Below, piece by piece: positions 36,201 to 45,962 of a stretch of DNA of 64,000 bases (positions within the stretch are counted from its first letter, which is position 1; each line of letters begins with the position of its first letter). The notes below the pieces were generated by a model that saw nothing but the letters and a program-made list of their open reading frames with translations, ran no database searches and was not told the DNA's origin. The stretch is from Ascidiella aspersa (Eukaryota). The stretch spans positions 13,640,001 through 13,704,000 of the forward strand of contig OZ004610.1 in assembly GCA_963924565.1 (NCBI GenBank), given 5' to 3'. Both the position numbers and the translations under genes were made by a program.

Positions 36201-38834
36201 TAATTACTATTCTCTGATGCAAACAGTTATCCATAAACATTAACTTAGTAGAAAAAAAAACAAGGTTTAGTTGTACTTCAAGAATTCTGCAGTTTACGCA
36301 CATTTGTATATCAAATATGCATAAAAATAGTATAAATGTTGTAGAACGAAATACTAATGTTAATGAAAATATTTTATACAAACAGATATATAACCTAGAC
36401 TTTACGGTTATAAAAACTCTCCTGTAATGACAAGAAAGAGGAGTAGGATTACTTAACTAAATTACCAAGGGATTTTTAAAGATGACCTTTTTGGAACCAT
36501 AAAAAAATCAAGTTATATATATCACTAGATCAATCCAATCCAATTGGTATTGATTATTGCACAAAGAAATACCACAAAACACAGACAGTAAAATCTTAAC
36601 CAAAATCAATACAATACATGGGTCAGAAGTGTTAACGCTAACAGATTTAGGTAAATATTAAAAAAAATGTTCATTATACAATATATATAACTTAAGTACA
36701 TACAATTGGAAAAATAAAATACTTTAAAACAGTAATAAAATTGAAAAAAACATGACTGAAGTATTTTAAACAAGATAGTTTACAGTAGGTTACCTGAAAA
36801 ATTCTGAGTAGAATTTTTATAAAATGGTTGTGTGCCTTGTTTGCAAAGATAGGAACCTGTTAAATTATCCTACAAAAACACAAATAGTAAAAAATTAATC
36901 TTTGTAAAATATATAACTGCAGAAGAATATGATAAATGGAAAGTTTTAAATATTTCAAAAAAAGGTATCATCCAACTTGAAAAAAATTGCTATAAAATAT
37001 GAGCAACAGAAATATTAAATAATTTAAAACTGTAATAAACCTTAGGATGTATATAACTATATTATCTATGATTAATAACATTATAATATAGGTGTTAAAG
37101 GTTTTTATAGCAATTTCAATAAAAATATATAAAAGCCAGAACATTTGATAAAATCAGATAATTTTTTTGATGAAACATCAACAAAATATATGAAAACAGA
37201 GAAATGTGTTGGTTTTATCAAACGCTTGTCTTTTATATGTTCATTGCAATCAAGTGTGGTTAATCCTAAAACATAACAAAACTCACTATTAGCTTTTCAT
37301 TGGTGTGTGACTGACCAGTGGTTCCAGGTGGACCAAGAGTGTACTCATAAGGGCCTGTTAAAAAATGGGGTAATGCCAACACAAGTGAACCAATACTTGT
37401 GATTACAAGGCCCCATCCAATCCATCTTGGTTTGTGACCTTTACCACCTATTAAACAAGGTTAAAATTGTCAAGTAATAAATACATACCGATACTACTAA
37501 GTGCTAAAATATTCCTATAATTATGTACATCTATTGCAAAACAAAATTTATTTGTTCATGATAAATAAAAAAAAACAGATAAATTATACAGTGATTTACC
37601 TAAGTAACTAATTGGTAATAGACTTAAACAACCAGCAATGTCATATCCACTGACAATGAGACCAGACTCCGAACTAAGAAAGTTGAATCTCCTTTCTATT
37701 GAAGTGACACTAACCTAAAAAAATAAATTATATTGCAGTGATGATCATTTTGACATATCTTTTAGATTTATTTAATTCTTAAATCTTGATTACTGGTTTC
37801 CAAATTTTTTTGGCTTGCAGCACACTAAAAATATCTTAGCTATTTCGCGGCACACTTTTAACACAACAACAATAGAATAATTCTACGATCGCCCTTAACA
37901 CACAACAAACTATATGTAAAAGTCTTAAAATTGTTAATTTGTAATGAAAAATGCGTATTTAAGTAAAAAAAATGCTTGTATGTGAGCCTATTGGTAATTA
38001 CAAAATTACAAAAATTTCCTGGCACACTTGACAATTTCTCGAGGTACGGAATCACTGATCTAGATGTTTAACAGCTTAGGAATGCATACAATACAAAGAA
38101 TAAAATATATTTACAATAGTTGCCAAAGCTTGTTTTTGTATTGGTAAGACTTTGTGTAACCAAGCGAATGGCAAGTTCATTACCTTTATAAATATGTAAC
38201 ACAAAATTTAAAATCTATAGTTAAAATATTTATGTTAGCCCTTGAAAACAAAAACTCAAGAAAAAAGTCTGGGTGTTACAATATAGTTGACCTGCTCGAT
38301 AACAAAATGTACAATGATGTGTATGTTTAGAATAATTGCATGGCATGTCATAGACACAACTTTTTTACGCTATATGAATGTATAGCCGCGTGGGTTCGAA
38401 CCCCACACCCAGTATTACTTTTTGGAAAATTAAGGCAATTCAGACACATGAATTTCAACACATGCTCAAATACTATACATATATTCAATAATAGGTTTTG
38501 ACAAAACTTAACAATACAATCATTCTAAACATACATCATTGTACATTTTGTTATCAAGCAGGTTATACTAATGTAACTTTAAACTTTTCAATGTTTTAGA
38601 AAATTATTATTTTTAAACACCAATAAAATTTATAAAAACAATTACCTTTAGAAGGCCATTAATGACAATTCCTTGCATTATGTTTGCCAAAGTAAGAAGA
38701 ACTAAAAATGCTTTTGCATTGTTAAAAGGTTTTTGAAGACATCTAGGTTGAAAAAATCCCCATCCATAACAATATGTGCGATTGGGATCCAAATTTCTTT
38801 GCCTAGTATCATGTTCTGGCGTTGACTCGGACAT
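15236..38834 (-). CDS. SLCO4A1: Solute carrier organic anion transporter family 4-like (OATP4), 16 coding exons, 764 aa
   Basis: Exons 5' to 3': 38834-38646, 37714-37600, 37447-37287, 36869-36794, 36181-36008, 27880-27790, 26886-26727, 26217-26118, 25309-25141, 24241-24087, 23166-22968, 20574-20427, 19296-19215, 16894-16759, 16048-15826, 15352-15236; all GT-AG and in phase (2295 nt). Motifs [23 protein letters not shown] signature [31 protein letters not shown], Kazal-like [27 protein letters not shown] and [20 protein letters not shown]. Orthology to 4A1 versus 4C1 is unresolved. Confidence 0.93.
20028..20403. mobile_element. hAT MITE, same family as 5761-6144, opposite orientation
   Basis: CAGGACTGCGGAGTCGG / CCGACTCCGCAGCCCTG. 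TSD GTACAAAC / GTAGAAAC (7 of 8 match). Internal sequence matches the reverse complement of 5761-6144. Confidence 0.88.
20908..20994. repeat. Head-to-head inverted repeat, probable Penelope-like element remnant
   Basis: TAATAAGAATATCAAAGCCCATAC / GTATGGGCTTTGATATTCTTATTA inversion. Tail ACCTCCAACCATTATGCTC is shared with 25336-25512. Confidence 0.6.
23231..23472. repeat. Foldback/MITE-like long imperfect inverted repeat
   Basis: AAATACTTTAGCTTGGTAAAA..AATTCATAGAATACTTAACACATTTTTTTAGTTA is mirrored by TAACTAAAAAAATGTGTTAAGCATTCTATGAATT..TTTTACCAAGTTGAAGTATTT. Confidence 0.65.
24793..25119. mobile_element. hAT MITE
   Basis: TIRs CAGTGGTTCTCAAC / GTTGAGAATCACTG. Perfect 8-bp TSD ATCTATTC at 24785-24792 and 25120-25127. 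A degenerate relative lies near 54003-54278. Confidence 0.9.
25336..25512. repeat. Head-to-head palindromic repeat with GTCGAAACGTT half-hammerhead motif, probable Penelope-like remnant
   Basis: Palindrome centred on AACATAGCTATGTT. Both arms read TGAATAAAGNGTTANTCGAAACGTTCAAAAT and continue into sequence shared with 20908-20994. Confidence 0.6.
38369..38414 (+). pseudogene. 3' half of a class II tRNA (tRNA-Leu-like) fragment
   Basis: Hairpin GCTATA-tgaatg-TATAGC (variable-arm-like), then CGCGTGGGTTCGAACCCCAC (T arm / B box), 7 nt plus A, then a T run. No D or anticodon arm upstream. Confidence 0.5.
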
Positions 38835-39657
38835 TGTAATCCAAATTATTGACTTTTGCTTTGATATTGTTGAAGTTGGTGTCAAAGTTTCTTCTCAAAT
38901 TCAGCAACGGACACGTTTAAAAAGACGCACATTCACAATTTTGAACCGGACATTCTGACTTCGTTCCCATTTTAATCAAATCGCACAAAATTGTGCAATA
39001 AACTTACACAAAACGGATTTAACCTGTAAACACAAATAGTTGCAAACTGAGTATAAGCTATAAACACTGGTTGGTGACTTAATGCTTAAGGAAAATTAAG
39101 CTGCATTAAAATTTGACAGCAGTGCCATAGATCTGCATGAAGAACTCCCGTGTGGTTAGCTGCAAGACAAACAGGGCAAGCCCGCCACAACCAACCGCAT
39201 GAAACTGTCTGACCGACTAGGCTCTATCCGGTATTCCGGTTGCAATTTACGTTTTGTCCGCACAGCTGTGTTTTGACTGTGCTAAGATATTTCTTTGTCG
39301 CCACCTGGCGGATTTTAAAAATAGTTTGAAATAACATGACAACCAGCTGTTAAAAAAGACTGAGTTATGATTTGAATTAACTAGGGGTATTCATTTTATA
39401 CAATACACAGGTTTAATATACTCCACTACAAGCAAAAACAACTCTTTTTAACAGTTGGCTTCACTACAAGCAAAACAACGCAGATTTGCTTTCGCATTCC
39501 AACGCATTGTTTCGAAACAACACAAACTTTGTTACATGCAAGTTGTACTTCTGGTAGTACAATTCCTCTTTGAGGAGAATTTGCCCTCTGTTTTTAGTTA
39601 AGTCAAAGACTTTGGCGACAGCAAGAGGTCTAATCATTTATTCTTATCAGTTATCAC

Positions 39658-40230
39658 TAGGGCGGTTAATTTTTAACCTCAAAAATTGAAATTTTGACAA
39701 ATTTTGACCGAAAAATATATTTTTTGACAAAATTTTGACCCATTAGAAATTAAATGATTTGAACAACATATTGTTGTTTGAAATACTGAATTAGTGTCTT
39801 TGGCGTCGTCAACCACACGTTTTAGATGTTTTCCTGACAATTAGTGCTTCACAAGTGACAAATCTAATATTTTGTTGTGATTACGCAGAACTCTCAAAAG
39901 CTTGTTGATATTTTTGGCATATCAAAAATACAAACAACTATAAAAATGCTGAAGAAAAACAAGACTCTGTTTTTATTTTAGAAAAATGTTTTGTAAACGG
40001 TTAAATTACAACGTAAAAAAGAATAACTAACAAAAGCCTATAGTTATCGAAATATCAAAACTCGAAATAGGATAATTGCAAGTAGCAAGCGAAAAAAACT
40101 CATTATTATACTATTTAAACATTTTAAACACCTGTGATACGAAACTATTCAAAGGAAAAACGAAGTTCGAGCTCAACCTAATGCGATAAACTATTGGTGG
40201 TTAATTTTGTCAGCTCGCTATACCGTATGT
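39658..40230. mobile_element. Partial copy of the TAGGGCG-terminated element family (TTTTGAC subterminal repeats)
   Basis: Begins TAGGGCGGTTAATTTTT. Shares TTTTGACAAAATTTTGACC, TGGCGTCGTCAACCACACGTTTT and GGTGGTTAATT..GCTCGC..TATACCGTA with 41855-43614. Right end not seen; a further decayed copy lies near 9250-9480. Confidence 0.6.
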
Positions 40231-40429
40231 TATTCCATGTTTAAAATTTTATGAAAAATATGAAAATTAATTAATTAAAACGTGGATTTTTTTTGATTTT
40301 TTAGATATTTAAATAAAGAGTTACTGTTTTTTAATATGTCACATAACTTGGATTAAATGACCAATTCAAAGATTATTCTCTACATTTATTGACCCACATT
40401 TTTAAATTTAACGCGACTTATATTGTATC

Positions 40430-40596
40430 CGAACCGGAACTTTATGAACCGGTTTTGAAATAACGACGGTCGAACCGGAGCTGAACCGGAACTTTTAAAT
40501 TGTTCAAATCCGAAACCGGATCTGAACCAGATTCCGAAAAAATCCTTGAACACAACGGAACCTGAACCGGAAAAGTCAAACGGTTTGACTCTCTGC
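40430..40596. repeat. GAACCGGA motif cluster, probable transposon subterminal repeats
   Basis: At least six GAACCG(G)-type motifs with irregular spacing. Confidence 0.55.
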
Positions 40597-40871
40597 TCAA
40601 AACTAATTTATTTTGAAAAAGTTTTTACTGAACGACAAGTTAAAAAAGATGACTATATTTTTTTCAGTTTTGTAAACGATTTATTAGCATATATTTTTAA
40701 ATAATTATCCCAAAATGTGCAAATAATTATCCTGATTTATTGCGGAAGTTTAAATAGCAATTTGTTGCGAATTTGTTCCATGGTTGGCGTCCCAACACGA
40801 TGCTTACAATTCGTCAAGTTAATTTTAGCGATAGTAACTAAACTTTAAGAAATTTAAGGTCTAACAACAGG

Positions 40872-41146
40872 CATAGACGTAGCCAGAAAGGGTCAATGAC
40901 TTAAATTTTAATTTTCGATGATGCGATAAAAATGATCAAATACACTCGAGAAGCGCAATTCAGAGTGTTTAGAGGGCATGGACTCTGTGAGGTAGCGGTT
41001 TCAGTGTCAAGTTTTTAAATTATAGTATACCTACCGTATATCTTGTCGTTTTCTGCATGCGGTGTCTCAAACCAAATACTCCTACTAGAGCAAATTTGAA
41101 ACGTTTTACCCCCCTCAAAATTGTTTTTCGGCTGGCTACGCCACTG
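40872..41146. mobile_element. MITE with CGTAGCCAG / CTGGCTACG termini and 8-bp TSD
   Basis: CATAGACGTAGCCAG ... CTGGCTACGCCACTG. Perfect TSD ACAACAGG at 40864-40871 and 41147-41154. Confidence 0.8.
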
Positions 41147-42143
41147 ACAACAGGGTTGTTACTATTGTACAGTGGCCCAACATTGCTGGATTTACCAACG
41201 TTACCCAAAGTTGCAAAGAATTGAAGAGTTCACTTTGTCACTGTGAATCGCTGAAAAAGGAATGGAGAGATCAAAATTTTGATGTTTAGAAAAATCATCC
41301 AAGCCTTTTTTGTGGTTACGTTGTTGTGTTTTAATATCTTATTGTAGTATTGTACCTTGGGGGTTAATATTTATCACAGATTATTGCTGATTAGGTTGAA
41401 CAATGGTCTACGTTTTCTAAAACATTGTGAATAACAAAAAATGGTGTTTTGCCCTGAGAAAAGTATTTTCCTCATGTAGATGAGTTTCCATCGGGGACTC
41501 AACTGACGAAGTTATGGCTTTTGTCGAAATTTTGTTGACCTAGCCTTTGTTTGTTTCAATTCAACAATTCTTCTTATTTTCCCATAGTTATGACGTCATT
41601 GCGTATCGTATCTGAAGGCTTTTTGCCTAAATTATCGGGCTCTAAACCAGGGGTTCCCAGCATTTTTTACATCGTGGCCCCCTTTGAAAATTTTGAGAAA
41701 TCAATGGCCCCCCTATTTTTTTTCAACCTTTTGAAAAATCAAGAAACGTCATTTTAATCAAAAAACTGTTTTATACAGTAACCGAAATGATAAAATGACA
41801 TAAATAAAAAAACACAGTAAAGATGATAGTAGTAGTACATTAATTAGGTACTACTAGGGCGATTATTTTTTGACCAAAATATTAAAAAAAATTGACCTGA
41901 AAAATTAAAATTTTGACAAATTTTGACCTAAAAATAAATTATTTTGACAAAATTTTGACCTGTTAGAAATACATTGATTTAAACAAAATATTGTACTGCA
42001 TTAGTGTCCTGGCGTCGTCAACCACACGTTTTTGATGTTTTACTAACTACAAATCGATCACAAAAATCAGTAATTATTTCGGATTAATGCAAAACTTATG
42101 AAAATATGTAGTTTGAAATTTTTTTCTGTTAAATACATTTGTC

Positions 42144-42741
42144 CACCCGATCCGTCAGAAATTAGTGCAGTTCTAAGCAAAAAGGTCTACGACAATCAGT
42201 GCATTTAAAGGATCAAAAATTCCGACTTTTAGACTTTGAGGTCTTGGACAATGCACTAATTTGCATTGACAAATGTGCATAAGAAGATTAAGTTTAACAA
42301 TACTTGACCCAATCAAACCCAAACGCTAACCAGCGATAATGTGCGATAATTTAATAATTATAACGCTTCAGGCCCCAATACCTCAATTTGTGACGTAATA
42401 ATCTTAAATACAATGGACGAGAAACCATCCGAGTTTGGGCTTTTTTCCCCAGCATTTAAAGAATTATTAAAATAACGCACATTATTTGAGTTAGGATTCG
42501 GGTTAGCGTTAGGGTTTAGGTGGGTCAAGTGTTATTAATCCTATCTTACATTTTTTGTTATCTTTTCTGAACTTTTAATGAATATTTTTAATTCATCTTC
42601 GCCGGGAGTTTACCTAAAGGTCCAAATCAGTGCATTGCCAGGACCTCAAGGTCTAAAAGTCTAGACTTTTCTGCCATTGGATGCCCTGATTGTCGTAGAC
42701 CTTTTTGCTTATAAATGCACTGATTTCTAACGGATCGGGTG
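42144..42741. mobile_element. Foldback MITE with ~120-bp TIRs and 7-bp TSD (P/Galileo-like), copy 1
   Basis: CACCCGATCCGTCAGAAAT... / ...ATTTCTAACGGATCGGGTG. TSD ATTTGTC at 42137-42143 and 42742-42748. Confidence 0.88.
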
Positions 42742-42952
42742 ATTTGTCCAATTCAGGCCTCGGTGGTTAATTCGGCTCGCGTATACCGTATATTGTTCTA
42801 ATGAAGATATAATAAAGTTAAAATGTCGTTGAATATGAATCAAAACTATTTTTTTCTATAAAGTTGAACAACAATTTCAAAAATCTGACGTTAGTTTTTT
42901 TGTTAATTTTGTAAGCGATTTAAAAAAAAAATTTGACCTAACATGTAAATTT

Positions 42953-43560
42953 CACCCCATCCGTCAGAAATCAGTGCAGTTCTAAGCAAAAAGGTCTACG
43001 ACAATCAGTGCATTCAAAGGATCAAAAAGTCCGACTTTTAGACTTTGAGGTCTTGGACAATACACCAATTTGCATTAAGAAATGTGCATAAGAATATTAA
43101 GTTTAACAATACTTGACCCAACCAAACCCAAACGCTAACCAGCGCCCTAACCAAATAATGTGCGATAATTTAATAATTATAACGCTTCAGGCCCCAATAC
43201 ATCAATTTGTGACGTAATAATCTTAAATACAATGGACGAGAAACCATCCGAGTTTGGGCTTTTTTCCCCAGCATTTAAAGAATTATTAAAATAACGCACA
43301 TTATTTGGGTTAGGATTCGGGTTAGCGTTAGGGTTTAGGTGGGTCAAGTGTTATTAACCCTATCTCATATTTTTTGTTATCTTTTCTGAACTTTTAATGA
43401 ATATTTTTAATTTATCTTCGCCGGGAGTTTACCTAAAGGTCCAAATCAGTGCATTGCCAGGACCTCAAGGTATAAAAGTCTAGACTTTTCTGCCATTGGA
43501 TGCCCTGATTGTCGTAGACCTTTTTGCTTAGAAATGCACTGATTTCTAACGGATCGGGTG
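42953..43560. mobile_element. Foldback MITE with ~120-bp TIRs and 7-bp TSD (P/Galileo-like), copy 2
   Basis: Near-identical to 42144-42741 but with a different TSD, TAAATTT at 42946-42952 and 43561-43567. Confidence 0.88.
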
Positions 43561-43633
43561 TAAATTTTAACAAAATTTTGACCTTTTTTGACAAGTCAAA
43601 AAATAATCGCCCTAGTTATTACATATTCAGTAA

Positions 43634-43777
43634 AGGTGATGGTTGAGCTTGTTTATGAATTGACAATGTCTTAATTGCTGGTTTAGTGGTGGAAAGAGCC
43701 AGCAGCATGTCATATTGACTATCCAAGACACTGCGCTGCTTTGTCTTCAGAAGTAACATTGTTGAAAACCCAAATTC

Positions 43778-43820
<43 letters not shown>

Positions 43821-43920
43821 ATGGCGAAGTCAACAGCAATCGCATGACAATTTCATTAAACTTAGTGTACAAATTGCTTAGTTTTGCCCAAAATGTGGTC
43901 AAACTATCTTTCTCAAAGCG
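43634..43920 (-). pseudogene. hAT (Charlie/Buster-type) transposase C-terminal dimerisation-domain remnant
   Basis: Translates as SLTTFWAKL..LLLTSPSTY[(AT)n]CEFGFSTMLLLKTKQRSVLD..DMLLALSTTKPAIKTLSIHKQAQPS, matching the recalled PSTYLCExGFS..KTKxRxxL..KQxQxSH consensus. Confidence 0.85.
43781..43816. repeat. (AT)n microsatellite inside the transposase remnant
   Basis: Uninterrupted AT dinucleotide run of about 36 nt. Confidence 0.95.
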
Positions 43921-45358
43921 AACCGGGTTGTCTTTTCTTGCGGCTTTAAGAGTTCATATTTTATTTATTTATTTTGTTATTTATGGAGTAGACTTAGAGA
44001 TAATAAATTAACAAAAACTACTATTTTTCAAATTTTTTCATGGCCCACTTGAAAAAGGCTCATGGGCCCCTAGGGTTGAGAACCCCTGCTCTAAACGCTA
44101 GTTCTTTAACACCGTTCGAAAATTAGACTTTAAAAACACGAATCCTATAATTATTGCCTTTTATACAACTAGTTGCCGAAACGGTTGCACAACGTTCTTG
44201 GTCTAATCTCGGTGGAAAGATTTGCACGTTTGTAACATAATAGCATTCCAAAAAGAGTGATTTGTTGTCTAACAAAAGGTCATAAGCATGCTAAGCACGG
44301 TTCTTTTAACTTAAATGCCGCTCTATAAGTAAGCATATTTTTATTTGCTGTTTTGGAAAATCGATACACTGCCAGTAAAAATGACTTGTTTGCGTAATCC
44401 CCAAATTTATTTTGCGTGCCACAGTTTAAGAACCCCTGACCTAAGTTGTATTATTTTTCTCCCAATCCACGCTTAATACGATCCACACGGAAATAGAAAA
44501 GTAAATAACGTTACCGGATTCGGGGAAGGATCAGCCTTGAACCACAAGTGGTTATACGAAGAAGTCTATTTTAGCAATATATGAGTTTGAATTGGCGAAG
44601 AACAAAAGTAATTAACTATCGACGTGAACAAATGTAACTAACTATCGACGATGTTATGCAGGGTTGAAGTAGAATACATTTCGAACTAGAAGAAAAAAGT
44701 ATACTAACCCGAAAACATGACAATTTTCAGGGGTGACGTCACAGCAGGACGTCTAATACAAGGCCTTTGCAAACCTGAGGTTAACGTTTGATGAGTGCAC
44801 AAATATACAACTGAAACTTTATGTCAAAGTTGGCATTGTACGGATGACGAAAAATATAAGATCTGGACTTCAAAAGCCCAAAAGTTCACAATTAATTTGT
44901 CGAACAACAGGTTCAATTCAAGATATCCACGCTGTAGAAAGTTGTTGGGTTACCATGGCAATTCTTAGATTCCTCGACTCTTATTTACTGAACACTGTGT
45001 TTTGTACGGGCTCTGGGAAGGTTGTCTAAATCTAAACGTAACCATCGCGTTGCCTACGTTGATCATTGTTACGTTATCTATTTACTTGGAAAGCAGTTAT
45101 TTTGCCTTGTTTAGGAAAGTGTTTTGTAACGAAAGTTAACTTTGCTCTGTTAACGTAAAGGTAAAAATTACTTTACATGTTCAAGGAAGTAATAATTAGC
45201 CTTTTTTAAAGCGTAAATTAACGATGTCGTTGAACTGCTTGGCTTGACATTCCGTTAAGAACTTGTTTAATTCTTGTTTGTAAAAGTTATGATTTGAACT
45301 GTGGCTAACCGGCGTCAATTTTAACGTAGCGAAGTTTAGTAGACCTAATTATATTCTC

Positions 45359-45962
45359 CAGTCTTGTAAACTATAGTCATTGTGAAATCCCAGTCGAGTC
45401 ATTTGTGAAATAACTTGAGTCCAAGTCAAGTTTTTTTAATAAATAACAAGTCAAGCACCAGTCCCAGTAATCAGTCGCATATAAGTCATAAATATTATTG
45501 TAGTTTTGACCCGTTTTAAGAAGAGACAGAATATGGCGTTAGCGCATCCGATCCAATAACAATTAATTTATGATTTGACATCCAATTACATTCCCCCCAT
45601 CCAATGCAACGCTTAGGCCTACATTGAAAGAATTAGATTGAATCACGAGTCGAAAGTAATTTAGTTTTAACACCTTAGGCCTACACTTGTATATTTTGAA
45701 TTCATAAGTTTTTAAATGACCTGACTTAAAACTCTTTAGGTAAAAAGGCTTACCTTGACGTGTAGCCTATTTTGTACAAATAACTTTGGTTGAAATTGGG
45801 TTATTCATCTTAACTTTTGCACATACAACAGTTTACTTGCTTTATGTTTCGTTTTTGTTATTTTAAGTTGTTTTTTTTTGCTCATAATCGGATAAGTGTA
45901 CCAACTTTAATAGTTTAACGTTTTATTTTAAGACAAGTCTTGACTTGCTCTAATTACAACAA
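45359..45962. mobile_element. Decayed relative of the GACTT-repeat MITE at 56623-57133
   Basis: CAGTCTTGTAAAC start, AAGTCAAGTC motifs on the left and GACTTGC..TTACAAC on the right. Boundaries are approximate. Confidence 0.45.

Larger units (their letters stand above)
41855..43614. mobile_element. hAT-like non-autonomous element (TAGGGCGATTATTTTTTGAC TIR) nested in 41648-44088
   Basis: Perfect 20-bp TIR. Degenerate 8-bp TSD GGTACTAC / GTTATTAC. Repeated TTTTGAC subterminal motifs. Confidence 0.8.
41648..44088 (-). mobile_element. Internally deleted hAT Charlie/Buster-like transposon hosting nested elements
   Basis: TIRs CAGGGGTTCCCAGC / GTTGAGAACCCCTG. Perfect 8-bp TSD CTCTAAAC at 41640-41647 and 44089-44096. 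Retains the transposase C-terminus. Confidence 0.9.

Noticed and set aside
40986-41040. let-7-like microRNA (TGAGGTAG)
   Set aside because: Only the seed matches, hairpin pairing is poor, and it lies inside a TSD-flanked MITE (40872-41146).
42300-42530. Interstitial telomeric repeats (CCCTAA/TTAGGG-like; also 2795-2910)
   Set aside because: Only scattered degenerate motifs forming internal inverted repeats of MITEs, not tandem arrays.
42144-43560. Tandem duplication or assembly artefact explaining the two ~600-bp copies
   Set aside because: Each copy has its own distinct TSD and small sequence differences, indicating independent insertions.
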